Origin: Nocardioides sp.
GTDB lineage: Bacteria; Actinomycetota; Actinomycetes; Propionibacteriales; Nocardioidaceae
Direction of reading: 5' to 3'
Assembly (NCBI RefSeq): GCF_964228225.1
Contig: NZ_CAXQZB010000043.1
Location: 11,610-75,609, forward strand
DNA length: 64,000 nt
Under the pieces are notes generated by a model. That model searched no databases. It was not told the origin of the DNA and saw only the letters and a program-made list of their open reading frames with translations. Shown here piece by piece: positions 40,115-48,787 of the stretch (position 1 is the stretch's first letter; each line of letters begins with the position of its first letter). Made by a program: the position numbers and the translations under genes.

Positions 40115-40606
40115 TCAGCGGTAGTTGACGAACTGGACGGCGAAGTCCCAGTCCTGGCCCTTCACGAGGGCGATGACGGCCTGGAGGTCGTCGCGCTTCT
40201 TGGAGGACACGCGCAGCTCGTCGCCCTGCACCTGCGCCTTGACGCCCTTGGGGCCCTCGTCGCGGATGAGCTTGCCGATCTTCTTGGCGTCCTCGCTGGA
40301 GATGCCCTCCTTGAGCGTGATGCCGATCTTGGACTGCTGGCCCGAGGCCCGCGGCTCGGAGGCGTCGAGGACCTTGAGGCTGACGTTGCGCTTGATCAGC
40401 TTCTCCTTGAACACGTCGAGCACGGCGCTGGCGCGGTCGTCGGCCGAGGCGGTGATCTCGATGGCGTGCTCGCCCTTCCACTCGATGGTGGCGCCCGTGC
40501 CCTTGAAGTCGAAGCGGGTGGCGACCTCGCGGGCGGTCTGGCCCAGGGCGTTGTCGACCTCCTGGCGGTCGAGCTTGCTCACGATGTCGAAGGACGAGTC
40601 GGCCAT
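40115..40606 (-). CDS. yajQ: YajQ-family nucleotide (cyclic-di-GMP)-binding protein
   Basis: 163 aa. [20 protein letters not shown] ... FKG ... [10 protein letters not shown] ... QFVNYR is a near-textbook YajQ/UPF0234 sequence. Confidence 0.9.
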   Translation of the reverse strand: MADSSFDIVSKLDRQEVDNALGQTAREVATRFDFKGTGATIEWKGEHAIEITASADDRASAVLDVFKEKLIKRNVSLKVLDASEPRASGQQSKIGITLKEGISSEDAKKIGKLIRDEGPKGVKAQVQGDELRVSSKKRDDLQAVIALVKGQDWDFAVQFVNYR

Positions 40607-40757
40607 GGCGGTGCTGCTCCTGAGGGGGTCGTGGTGGATCGGGCTGCCCGGTGAGCCCACGTCGAGCCTAGAGCGTCGGGCGATTCACAGGCGGGGCCGG
40701 TGCTGCGCTATCGTCTCCGGTGCGCCCGGAAGGCCTCGGCTCTTCCGGAGGACACCC

Positions 40758-40839
40758 GGCAGGTTGCCCGAGCGGCCAAAGGGAGCTGACTGTAAATCAG
40801 CCGGCACAGCCTACAGTGGTTCGAATCCACTACCTGCCA
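40758..40839 (+). tRNA. tRNA-Tyr (anticodon GTA)
   Basis: Acceptor GGCAGGT/ACCTGCC. Anticodon stem-loop GCTGA-CTGTAAA-TCAGC. Long variable arm. T-arm GGTTCGAATCC. 82 nt, no encoded CCA. Confidence 0.9.
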
Positions 40840-40844
40840 CCGCA

Positions 40845-40881
40845 GCGGCCCTCCGACGCCCGGAGGGCCGCGGGTGTTTTT
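40845..40881 (+). terminator. Canonical intrinsic terminator after tRNA-Tyr
   Basis: GCGGCCCTCCG-ACGCC-CGGAGGGCCGC followed by GGGTGTTTTT. Confidence 0.7.
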
Positions 40882-40905
40882 GCGGGGGCCGCGACCGGCC
40901 GTCCC

Positions 40906-41502
40906 TCAGTCGGGTGCGGCGAGGTAGGTGCCGGCCAGCCGCGCGATCTCGGCGACGGCGTCGGCGCGGGAGAGCGCGGCGGGCTGGTCGAGCACCCACC
41001 GCACCGCGAGCTGCTCCACGGCGAGCACCACCACCCAGGCGCGCTGCTGGCGCAGGGTCGCATCGTCGACGCCGAGCCCGGCCAGGTAGGCGCCCGCGAG
41101 CTGGATGACCCGCTGCTCCAGCGCCCGGCGCTGGCGGGCGAGGTGGGCCGCGGGGAGCTCCTCGGTGACGACGCGCAGCACGGCGGCGTCGGCCTCGAGC
41201 GCGGCGAGCAGGGCGTCGGCGACGGCATGGCCCATGGCCGGGCCCGTGGCACCGATCCGGTCGGCCAGGGCGGCGGCCACGCGCTCGGCGACCTCGTCGC
41301 TCCACCGGTCGAGCACGACGTCGAGGATCGCGGCCTTGTCGGGGAAGTACTGGTAGAGCGAGCCGGGGCTGACGCCGGCGGCGTCGGCGACCTTGTTGGT
41401 GGTGAAGCCGTCGTACCCGTGGGCCACGAGCACGTCGCGGCCGGCGGCGACCAGGCGCTCGACCATCGCGCGGGAGCGGGCCTGCCGCGGCGTCTTCCTC
41501 AT
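40906..41502 (-). CDS. TetR/AcrR-family transcriptional regulator
   Basis: N-terminal HTH FTTNKVADAAGVSPGSLYQYFPDK. 198 aa. Confidence 0.85.
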   Translation of the reverse strand: MRKTPRQARSRAMVERLVAAGRDVLVAHGYDGFTTNKVADAAGVSPGSLYQYFPDKAAILDVVLDRWSDEVAERVAAALADRIGATGPAMGHAVADALLAALEADAAVLRVVTEELPAAHLARQRRALEQRVIQLAGAYLAGLGVDDATLRQQRAWVVVLAVEQLAVRWVLDQPAALSRADAVAEIARLAGTYLAAPD

Positions 41503-41516
41503 GGAACGCGAATTGT

Positions 41517-41536
41517 AGGCGAGTAAACGCTCGCCT
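41517..41536. promoter_or_regulatory. Inverted repeat AGGCGAG-TAAACG-CTCGCCT in the TetR/MpaB divergent region (candidate TetR operator)
   Basis: 7-bp arms with a 6-bp spacer, inside the 46-bp intergenic region between divergent starts 41502 and 41549. Confidence 0.4.
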
Positions 41537-41548
41537 CATGCTGCGACC

Positions 41549-42790
41549 ATGGCCGTCCTCCCGATGTCCCCCTCGCCCTCCTCCCACCCCGCCCACCCCG
41601 CGCGCCACCGCGAGGCCGAGCCCCGCAACCGGCGGCTCGGCCGGGCGCTGCGCGCCGTCGCCCGGGTCGAGGAGGTGGACGAGTCGCTGCTCGCGGAGAT
41701 CGGGGCCGCCTTCGGGCGGGTGGACGGCCCCGGTGCCCGGTTGGCGGAGGCCATGCGTCGTCCGGCCGGGGACCCGCAGCGGGTGACCCACGCCCGGCTC
41801 GACCGCGCGCTGCGCGACGGCGCGGAGCCGGGCGACCCGGAGGCACTGGTGGCCTTCCTGGCCACCGTCGAGGCGACGCCGGCGTGGGTCGACCCCGCCC
41901 TGCTCGCCCGGGGCCAGCGGGTCTACCACCGCTTCGGGCAGAACGCCGCCGACGTGCTGCTGCAGCTCTCGCTCATCGGGGGCTACCGGTTCGGCGGGCC
42001 CACCGACCTGCTGGTGGCCACCGGCGGGCTGCACGGCGACGCGACCGTGCGCCGGCTCGCCGAGACGCAGTACTGGGCCACGACGCTGTCGCGTCCCGGG
42101 GGCCTCGAGCGTGACGGCGAGGCATGGCGGCTCACCGTCCACGTCCGTGCGATGCACGCGCTCGTCAACGCGACCTTCGCCCCGCGGTGGGACGTGGCGC
42201 GGTGGGGGCAGCCGATCAACCAGGCCGACCAGGCCGCCACCCTGGGCCTGTTCGACGCCGTGGTGCTGCTGGGCGTGCGGGCGCTCGGGGTGCCGGTGAG
42301 CCGGGAAGACTCCCGGGCGGTGATGCACCTGTGGCGCTACGTCGGCTGGTTGCTGGGGGTGGAGGACCGCTTCCTCGTCGCCACCGAACGCGAGCGGCAC
42401 CGGCTCAACTACCACCTGCTGCTGGCCCAGGCCGACCTCACGCCGGCCGGCCCCCTGCTCGCACAGGCGGTGGTGGACGCGCAGCGCGACCTGCACTACC
42501 CGGACCGGGCGCGGTGGCGCGGCTGGTGGGCCCGCGAGCGGATGCTGAGCATGCTCACCGTCTTCCTCGGTCCGCAGAGCATGCGCGAGCTCGGCCTGCC
42601 GCGGCGCCCGCCGTGGGCGCATCCGCTGACGATCGCGACCAACCTGTGGCGCTACCGCACCCCCTGGGGGCGCCGTGGCCTCGACGCGTGGGGCACGCGG
42701 GTGCGCGAGCGCGTGATGGCGCGCTACTTCGGGCCCGACGGCGCCGCCCGGTCGGTCGGCGCGCTGCCGGAGGGGTCGGCCGTCTCATGA
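41549..42790 (+). CDS. MpaB/DUF2236-family oxygenase-like protein
   Basis: 413 aa. Helical protein with blocks resembling DUF2236 (LIGGYRFGGPTDLLVATG, RRLAETQYW, VHVRAMHALV). Assigned by eye only. Confidence 0.6.
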   Translation: MAVLPMSPSPSSHPAHPARHREAEPRNRRLGRALRAVARVEEVDESLLAEIGAAFGRVDGPGARLAEAMRRPAGDPQRVTHARLDRALRDGAEPGDPEALVAFLATVEATPAWVDPALLARGQRVYHRFGQNAADVLLQLSLIGGYRFGGPTDLLVATGGLHGDATVRRLAETQYWATTLSRPGGLERDGEAWRLTVHVRAMHALVNATFAPRWDVARWGQPINQADQAATLGLFDAVVLLGVRALGVPVSREDSRAVMHLWRYVGWLLGVEDRFLVATERERHRLNYHLLLAQADLTPAGPLLAQAVVDAQRDLHYPDRARWRGWWARERMLSMLTVFLGPQSMRELGLPRRPPWAHPLTIATNLWRYRTPWGRRGLDAWGTRVRERVMARYFGPDGAARSVGALPEGSAVS

Positions 42791-42889
42791 GGTGAGAAAT
42801 TCCGGGCCGGACTGAACCGTAGGGGCCCCGTGATCCGTACCACCCGGTGTCGCGGCTCGCCGAGCCGCCCCGACTCGGAAGGCAGATCC

Positions 42890-43684
42890 ATGCGCCTGGT
42901 TCCCTCAGCTCTGGCCGGTAAGCGCCCCAGCGCCCCGATGATCGTCTCCACGGCCGCGCTCGTCGTGGCCCTGGGTGGCACCTCCTACGCCGCCACCCAG
43001 ATCCGCACCGCGGACATCGCCGACAACGCCGTGACCTCGGCCAAGATCAAGGACGGCGCGGTCAAGACCAACGACCTCGCCAAGGGCGTCATCAAGTCCG
43101 GTCCGCAGGGCCCGCAGGGCGACGCTGGTCCCCGCGGCCCGAAGGGCGACACCGGTGACACCGGTCCCGCCGGCGTGGGCCGCTGGGCCCTGATCAACCC
43201 GGCCGGCCAGATCGCGGCGCAGTCCGGCGGCTTCGAGATTCTCGCGGCCTACCCGACGCTGCCCGACTCCAACCCGACGGACGCGATCGACGACACCCTG
43301 CGCGCCAACGGCAACGTCTACCTCGACGCCAACGAGCCGCTCGGCAACAACGGCCTGATCGCCACGATCATGCTGCAGAACACCACCGAGCTCGACGTGA
43401 TGGGCGCCCCGGGCTTCGGCAACACCAACGGTCGCGCCGCCGGTGCCGACGCCAACCCCGAGTTCTCCGGTGAGATCTCGGTGAGCCGCTGCACGAACTT
43501 CACTCCGGCCCCGCCGAACGCCGTCACCAACTGCGCGCCGACCAACGCGCGCAACGCCGAGGCCTTCGTCGTGAGCCCGCGCAACAGCGACGGCTCGGTG
43601 ACCGTCGACGGGTCGCGCAAGTGGTTCTACGTCGTCATCACCGGCGACTCGAGCGACTACGTGGCGCCGACCCCGGCTCCCTGA
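42890..43684 (+). CDS. Membrane-anchored or secreted protein with a short collagen-like Gly-X-Y segment
   Basis: N-terminal hydrophobic segment MIVSTAALVVALGG. ADNAVTSAKIKDGAVKTNDLAKGV motif. Eight uninterrupted G-X-Y triplets, GPQGPQGDAGPRGPKGDTGDTGPA, closed by the next Gly (43100-43174). The C-terminal ~170 aa domain is unrecognised. Confidence 0.65.
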   Translation: MRLVPSALAGKRPSAPMIVSTAALVVALGGTSYAATQIRTADIADNAVTSAKIKDGAVKTNDLAKGVIKSGPQGPQGDAGPRGPKGDTGDTGPAGVGRWALINPAGQIAAQSGGFEILAAYPTLPDSNPTDAIDDTLRANGNVYLDANEPLGNNGLIATIMLQNTTELDVMGAPGFGNTNGRAAGADANPEFSGEISVSRCTNFTPAPPNAVTNCAPTNARNAEAFVVSPRNSDGSVTVDGSRKWFYVVITGDSSDYVAPTPAP

Positions 43685-43728
43685 TCGACCGGGTCCGCCC
43701 GCATCCTCGGGGCCCCGTCACGCCGGTG

Positions 43729-43965
43729 TCAGGCACTGCGTGGCGGGGCCTCGTGCTGTCCGGACGTGGGACGCCGAGCGCGGTAGGTCGCGCCGTCGCG
43801 CTCGGCCCAGCCGGCGTCGATGAGCGTGGCCACGATCCGGTAGGTCGTCTGGCGCGGCAGGCCGCACGCCTCGGCGAGGTCGCGCATGGTCCAGGCGCGC
43901 TGGTCGAGCAGCTCGAGGGCGCGCAGCCCGTTGCTCAGGGTGCTGAGGCGGTTCGTGGTGACCAT
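43729..43965 (-). CDS. Stand-alone winged-HTH protein (IclR-type N-terminal domain only, 78 aa)
   Basis: LSNGLRALELLDQRAWTMRDLAEACGLPRQTTYRIVATLIDAGW resembles the IclR HTH. There is no effector domain and no room for one. Confidence 0.55.
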   Translation of the reverse strand: MVTTNRLSTLSNGLRALELLDQRAWTMRDLAEACGLPRQTTYRIVATLIDAGWAERDGATYRARRPTSGQHEAPPRSA

Positions 43966-44029
43966 GGCGGCTAAACAATATCGGAAAACCCGACATTGGG
44001 GGAACCGGCACGCCCCGGTGCCGTGGCAC

Positions 44030-44971
44030 TCACTCCGGGGGCAGGTCCAGGGCGCCGGTGTTGAGGGCGGAGTCCTTGCGCGAGACCAGGTCGTGGCGCT
44101 CCTGCGGCTCCAGCTGCTCCAGCAGCGCGCCCCACGACGCCGGGTGGCCGCTGACCTCCGGGCCGCGCGGCACGGGCACGACCGTGTGCACCACGCGGTC
44201 GGCGTAGAGGTGCAGCATCGTGAACGCCTGGTGGGCGTCGACGCCGGAGATCAGCCGGTCGTGGGGGAGCGGGTCGCTGGTGTAGCAGGTGGCCGAGGCC
44301 ACCGACACCGGCACGCCGGCGAAGGTCGAGACGCTGGTGTAGTGGAAGTGGCCGCCGATCACGACGCGCACGTCGCTGCCGGCCACGACCGCGGCGAGCC
44401 GGTCCTGGTCGTGCAGCTCGATGAGTGCGGCCGCCGGGAGCATCGGCACCGGGATCGGCGGGTGGTGCAGGGCCAGCACGGTGCCGTGCTCGGCCGGGGT
44501 GGCGAGGACCTCGGCCAGCCACGCCAGCTGGGCGTCGTCGAGCGCGCCGTGGTGGTAGCCGGGCACGGTGGAGTCCAGGGCCACGATTCGCAGCCCCCGC
44601 ACCTCGTGCACCCGGTCGCGGGGCAGCGCGGGGTCGGTGGCGTCGTCGTCGAGCAGGCCGGCCGACCAGGCGGCGCGGTCGTCGTGGTTGCCCATCGTCC
44701 ACACCACCTCGGCCCCCAGGGACCGCGCGGCCGGTTCCACCAGGGCGCGCAACCGGGCGTAGGCGGCGGGTTCGCCGCGATCGGCGAGATCGCCGGTGAA
44801 CACCAGCACGTCGGGGCGCGGATCGAGGTCGCCCAGCCGCTCCAGCGCCAGCCGCAGCCCCGCCTCGGGGTCGACGACGCCGTACTGCCGGGCGCCGTCG
44901 GCCAGCAGGTGCGGATCACTGAGGTGGGCCACCACGTGGGTCGGGTGCGGGTGCTGTCCCAGCGGGATCAT
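44030..44971 (-). CDS. Calcineurin-like metallophosphoesterase (CpdA/Rv0805-like cyclic-nucleotide phosphodiesterase)
   Basis: HLSDPHL, TGDLADRG, GNHD, LHHPP and GGHFH are the class III PDE / metallophosphoesterase motif series. ATG at 44969-44971. Confidence 0.8.
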   Translation of the reverse strand: MIPLGQHPHPTHVVAHLSDPHLLADGARQYGVVDPEAGLRLALERLGDLDPRPDVLVFTGDLADRGEPAAYARLRALVEPAARSLGAEVVWTMGNHDDRAAWSAGLLDDDATDPALPRDRVHEVRGLRIVALDSTVPGYHHGALDDAQLAWLAEVLATPAEHGTVLALHHPPIPVPMLPAAALIELHDQDRLAAVVAGSDVRVVIGGHFHYTSVSTFAGVPVSVASATCYTSDPLPHDRLISGVDAHQAFTMLHLYADRVVHTVVPVPRGPEVSGHPASWGALLEQLEPQERHDLVSRKDSALNTGALDLPPE

Positions 44972-45027
44972 GCGGCCCACCGTAGTCGGCGCACCGCCGG
45001 TGGGTACGACGACGACCCGGGCGGACC

Positions 45028-45498
45028 TCAGCGGGTGCGCAGCAGCCGGAAGACGGGGATGGTGCGGTCGGTGCGGGCCTCGTAGACGGCGAAGTTGGGC
45101 CAGGCGTCCAGCATCGTGCGCCATGCGGCCGCGCGGTCCTCGCCGTCCAGCTCGGTGGCGGTGACCTCGTGCTCCACCCCGTCCACGCGGATCCGGGCGG
45201 TCGTGGCGGCGCGCAGGTTGCCCACCCACACCGGCATCTGCGGCGCGCCGAAGTAGGACCCGGCGACGAGCCAGCTGTCGCGGTCGGGCACGCACAGCAG
45301 CGGGGTGGTGCGCGGGATCCCGGTCTTGCGGCCCGGCACGGTGAGGGCGAGGTTGGGCAGGCCGGCGATGTCGAGCAGGGTCACCCGCCCGCTGGTGACC
45401 CGCTGCAGGCGGGTGTCGACCCACACGATCTGCGGCAGCAGCCGCGGCATCCAGGAGATCGAGCCGATCCTCACGGCGAGCGGTGTCAGCAGTCCCAT
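45028..45498 (-). CDS. Deazaflavin(F420)-dependent nitroreductase-family protein (DDN-like)
   Basis: LTVPGRKTGIPRTTPLL, AGSYFGAPQMPVWVGNL, and C-terminus TDRTIPVFRL. 156 aa. Confidence 0.8.
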   Translation of the reverse strand: MGLLTPLAVRIGSISWMPRLLPQIVWVDTRLQRVTSGRVTLLDIAGLPNLALTVPGRKTGIPRTTPLLCVPDRDSWLVAGSYFGAPQMPVWVGNLRAATTARIRVDGVEHEVTATELDGEDRAAAWRTMLDAWPNFAVYEARTDRTIPVFRLLRTR

Positions 45499-45615
45499 GC
45501 GCCGACCGTAGAGGGCCCGGTCGCACCCCGGCGGAGGTGTCCGACACGACCACGGGCCGGCCCCCGCGCGGTGCGGTGGCCGGCCCGGGGCGCAGCAGGT
45601 GGATCAGGGGGTGGA

Positions 45616-46323
45616 TCAGGGGGCGACGGGCTGCCCGGTGAGGTGCTTGTAGGTGTAGGCGGTGCCGATCAGCGCGATCGGGTAGGTCACCAGGGCGCCG
45701 ACGCCGCACAGGCAGCCGCCGATGGAGCCGACCACCGCGGCCACCAGCCACCACAGGATCGTGTCGCCCAGCCGGCTGCGCACGAGGTCGACCGAGGCCT
45801 TGACGGCGTCCACCGGCTCCATGTTCTTGTCCACCACGAAGTACATGGCGTAGCTGGTGGCGAACGCGACGATCACGCCCGGCAGGTAGCACAGCAGGAA
45901 GCCGACGAAGCTCAGCCCGCCGATGATCAGCGCAGTGACCAGCACCTTGCCGACGTCGGCGAACTTGAACGCCGAGCTCATCAGGAACGGGCGGCCCTCG
46001 GTGACGTCGAGGGCGCCGCGGATGAGGCCGGCGCCGATCAGCTGGGCGGCCACGATCACCACGCCGATGGTGAGCGAGAGCAGGACCAGGGAGAGCACGA
46101 AGCTGTCCGAGCCCACGGCCGCGGTGATCGCGAACATGACGCCGTACACGACGCCGATGCCGACGAACAGCACCAGCGCGGTGAGCAGGATCTGGCCGAC
46201 GTTGGCCTGGAACTTGGTCCAGCCGTAGCTCAGGGCGTTGCCGATGCTCCAGCCCGAGTTCGGCACCGGCGGCATCGGGGCGCCGTAGCCCGGGGGCGGC
46301 GGCGGGGGCGTCTGGAAGGACAT
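45616..46323 (-). CDS. Integral membrane protein with Pro-rich N-terminus, unknown function
   Basis: MSFQTPPPPPPGYGAPMPP followed by about five TM segments. No family confidently recognised. Confidence 0.6.
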   Translation of the reverse strand: MSFQTPPPPPPGYGAPMPPVPNSGWSIGNALSYGWTKFQANVGQILLTALVLFVGIGVVYGVMFAITAAVGSDSFVLSLVLLSLTIGVVIVAAQLIGAGLIRGALDVTEGRPFLMSSAFKFADVGKVLVTALIIGGLSFVGFLLCYLPGVIVAFATSYAMYFVVDKNMEPVDAVKASVDLVRSRLGDTILWWLVAAVVGSIGGCLCGVGALVTYPIALIGTAYTYKHLTGQPVAP

Positions 46324-46465
46324 GGGGTTCTCCTGGGGGTGCGGGACACGGATCCGCCGCGCGGCGACGAGCGGCGGAGCGGTGCAGTGAAACTAGCGCG
46401 TCCACCGCCCCGGGGCACCCGATCCGTCCTCAGGGGCGAGGAATGTTCACCTGCGGCGCGGTTGG

Positions 46466-48787
46466 ATGGGGGGCATGAGCAGACGCGCCCCGCGCCAGGA
46501 CGTCGACGAGCAGGACCTCCGGGTCGGCGAGGAGGGCACGGCCGCGGCCGGGCCGGTGGCCGTGGCGGTGGCCATGAAGCGGTCGGTGGAGCAGATGGGG
46601 CCGGTGCGCACGGCACGCACGCTGCTGGCCCTCAACCAGGCCGACGGGTTCGACTGCATGGGGTGCGCCTGGCCCGACCCCGACGCGAGCCACCGCCACA
46701 CCGCGGAGTTCTGCGAGAACGGCGCCAAGGCCGTGGCCGAGGAGGCCACCAGGCGCCGCGTCGAGCGCGACTTCTTCGCCACCCACTCCGTGGCGGACCT
46801 CGCCACCCGCACCGAGTACTGGCTGGGGCAGCAGGGCCGGCTCACCGAGCCGATGGTGCTGCGCGAGGGCGCCACCCACTACGAGCCGATCACCTGGAAC
46901 GACGCCTTCGCGCTGATCGCGGGCCACCTGCAGGGCCTGGACAGCCCCGACCAGGCGGTGTTTTACACCTCCGGCAAGACCTCGAACGAGGCGGCGTTCG
47001 TCTACCAGCTCTTCGCCCGCGCCTACGGCACCAACAACCTGCCCGACTGCTCCAACATGTGTCACGAGTCCACCTCGGTGGCGCTGCAGGACACCATCGG
47101 CATCGGCAAGGGGTCGGTGAGCCTCACCGACGTCGAGACCGCGGCGGTGGTCGTCGTGGCCGGCCAGAACCCCGGCACCAACCACCCCCGCATGCTCAGC
47201 GCGCTCGAGAAGGCCAAGCGGGCCGGGGCCACCATCGTGGCGATCAACCCGCTGCGCGAGGCCGGGCTGGTGCGGTTCAAGAACCCGCAGAAGGTGCGCG
47301 GCGTGATCGGGGGCGGCACCCCGCTCGCCGACCTCTTCCTGCCGGTGCGCATCGGCGGCGACCTCGCGCTGTGGCAGGGGGTCGCGGCGCGCCTGCTCGA
47401 GCGCGACGCCGTCGACCACGCGTTCGTGGCCGAGCACACCACCGGCTTCGAGGCCTGGGCCGAGCACGCCCGCGCCGTCGACTGGGCCGAGGTGGAGCGG
47501 GCCTCGGGTCTGACGCGTGCGCAGGTCGAGGAGTTCGCCGACCTGCTCGCCGGCTCCCGCGGCACCGTCTACTGCTGGGCGATGGGCATCACCCAGCACC
47601 GCAACGCCGTGGCCACCATCAAGGAGATCGTCAATGTCGCCCTGCTGCGGGGCGACATCGGCAAGCCCGGCGCCGGCCTGTGCCCGGTGCGCGGCCACTC
47701 CAACGTGCAGGGCGACCGCACGATGGGCATCTGGGAGAAGCCGCCGGCGGCCTTCCTCGACGCGCTGGCCGCGGAGTTCGGCTTCGAGCCGCCGCGCGAG
47801 CACGGCCTGGACGCCGTCGACGCCGTGCGGGCGCTCGACGAGGGCCGGGCCCGGGTGTTCTTCGCGATGGGCGGCAACTTCACCAGCGCGATCTCCGACA
47901 CCGCCGTGACCGAGCGCGCGATGCGCCGCGCCGACCTCACGGTGCACGTGTCCACCAAGCTCAACCGCTCCCACGTCGTGCCCGGCCGCGAGGCGCTGAT
48001 CCTGCCCACGCTGGGACGCACGGAGAAGGACCTCACCGGGGGTCGGGAGCAGCGGGTCACCGTGGAGGACTCGATGTCGGAGGTGCACGCCAGCCGGGGC
48101 CCGCTCGGGCCGGCCTCGCCGCACCTGCGCTCGGAGGTCGACATCGTGTGCTCCCTGGCCCAGGCCACCCTCGGCGACCGCCACGGCATCGACTGGGACG
48201 CCTTCCGGGCCGACTACGCCGAGATCCGGCACCGCGTGGCCCGGGTGGTGCCCGGCTGCGAGGACTACGACGCGCGCGTGCGACGCCCGGGCGGGTTCAC
48301 CCTGCCCCACCCCCCGCGGGACTCCCGCACCTTCCCGACCGCGGTCGGGAAGGCGGTGTTCTCGATCAGTCCGATGGCGGTGCTGGAGGTGCCCGAGGGC
48401 CGGTTGCTGCTGCAGACCCTGCGCAGCCACGACCAGTTCAACACCACCATCTACGGCCTCTCCGACCGCTACCGCGGGATCGAGGGCGGCCGCCGGGTGG
48501 TGCTCGTGCACCCCGAGGACATCCGCCACCTCGGCTGGAACGACGGCGACCTCGTGGACCTCGTCAGCGAGTGGGGCGAGGGGGCGCAGCGGGTCGAGCG
48601 CATCGCCCCGCGGTTCCGGATCGTGGCCTACGACCAGCCGATCGGCTGCGCGGCGGCCTACTACCCCGAGACCAACCCGCTGATCCCGCTGGACTCGGTG
48701 GCCCTGGAGAGCAACACGCCCACGTCCAAGGGCGTGGTCGTGCGGCTGGAGCCCGCCAGCGAGCGCGAGCCCGGACTGCTGCCGTGA
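46466..48787 (+). CDS. FdhF/YdeP-family molybdopterin oxidoreductase
   Basis: GFDCMGCAWPDP...FCENGAKAVAEE is the YdeP-type N-terminal signature, followed by molybdopterin-binding domains. 773 aa. The start could be 46466 or 46475. Confidence 0.85.
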   Translation: MGGMSRRAPRQDVDEQDLRVGEEGTAAAGPVAVAVAMKRSVEQMGPVRTARTLLALNQADGFDCMGCAWPDPDASHRHTAEFCENGAKAVAEEATRRRVERDFFATHSVADLATRTEYWLGQQGRLTEPMVLREGATHYEPITWNDAFALIAGHLQGLDSPDQAVFYTSGKTSNEAAFVYQLFARAYGTNNLPDCSNMCHESTSVALQDTIGIGKGSVSLTDVETAAVVVVAGQNPGTNHPRMLSALEKAKRAGATIVAINPLREAGLVRFKNPQKVRGVIGGGTPLADLFLPVRIGGDLALWQGVAARLLERDAVDHAFVAEHTTGFEAWAEHARAVDWAEVERASGLTRAQVEEFADLLAGSRGTVYCWAMGITQHRNAVATIKEIVNVALLRGDIGKPGAGLCPVRGHSNVQGDRTMGIWEKPPAAFLDALAAEFGFEPPREHGLDAVDAVRALDEGRARVFFAMGGNFTSAISDTAVTERAMRRADLTVHVSTKLNRSHVVPGREALILPTLGRTEKDLTGGREQRVTVEDSMSEVHASRGPLGPASPHLRSEVDIVCSLAQATLGDRHGIDWDAFRADYAEIRHRVARVVPGCEDYDARVRRPGGFTLPHPPRDSRTFPTAVGKAVFSISPMAVLEVPEGRLLLQTLRSHDQFNTTIYGLSDRYRGIEGGRRVVLVHPEDIRHLGWNDGDLVDLVSEWGEGAQRVERIAPRFRIVAYDQPIGCAAAYYPETNPLIPLDSVALESNTPTSKGVVVRLEPASEREPGLLP

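Noticed and set aside
40758-42790. tRNA-Tyr considered as an integration site for a genomic island (TetR, MpaB, collagen-like protein downstream).
   Set aside because: I found no integrase or recombinase gene and no direct repeat of the tRNA 3' end downstream. The tRNA is followed by its own terminator.
43685-43729. Weak 7-bp inverted repeat (GGCCCCG/CGGGGCC) between the collagen-like gene and the HTH gene, considered as a terminator.
   Set aside because: The stem is short and the loop is ~30 nt. This is not distinguishable from chance in GC-rich DNA.
44030-46405. 791-aa minus-strand ORF extending the phosphodiesterase far upstream.
   Set aside because: The metallophosphoesterase motifs begin right after the ATG at 44971. 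The upstream part overlaps two well-supported genes in other frames.
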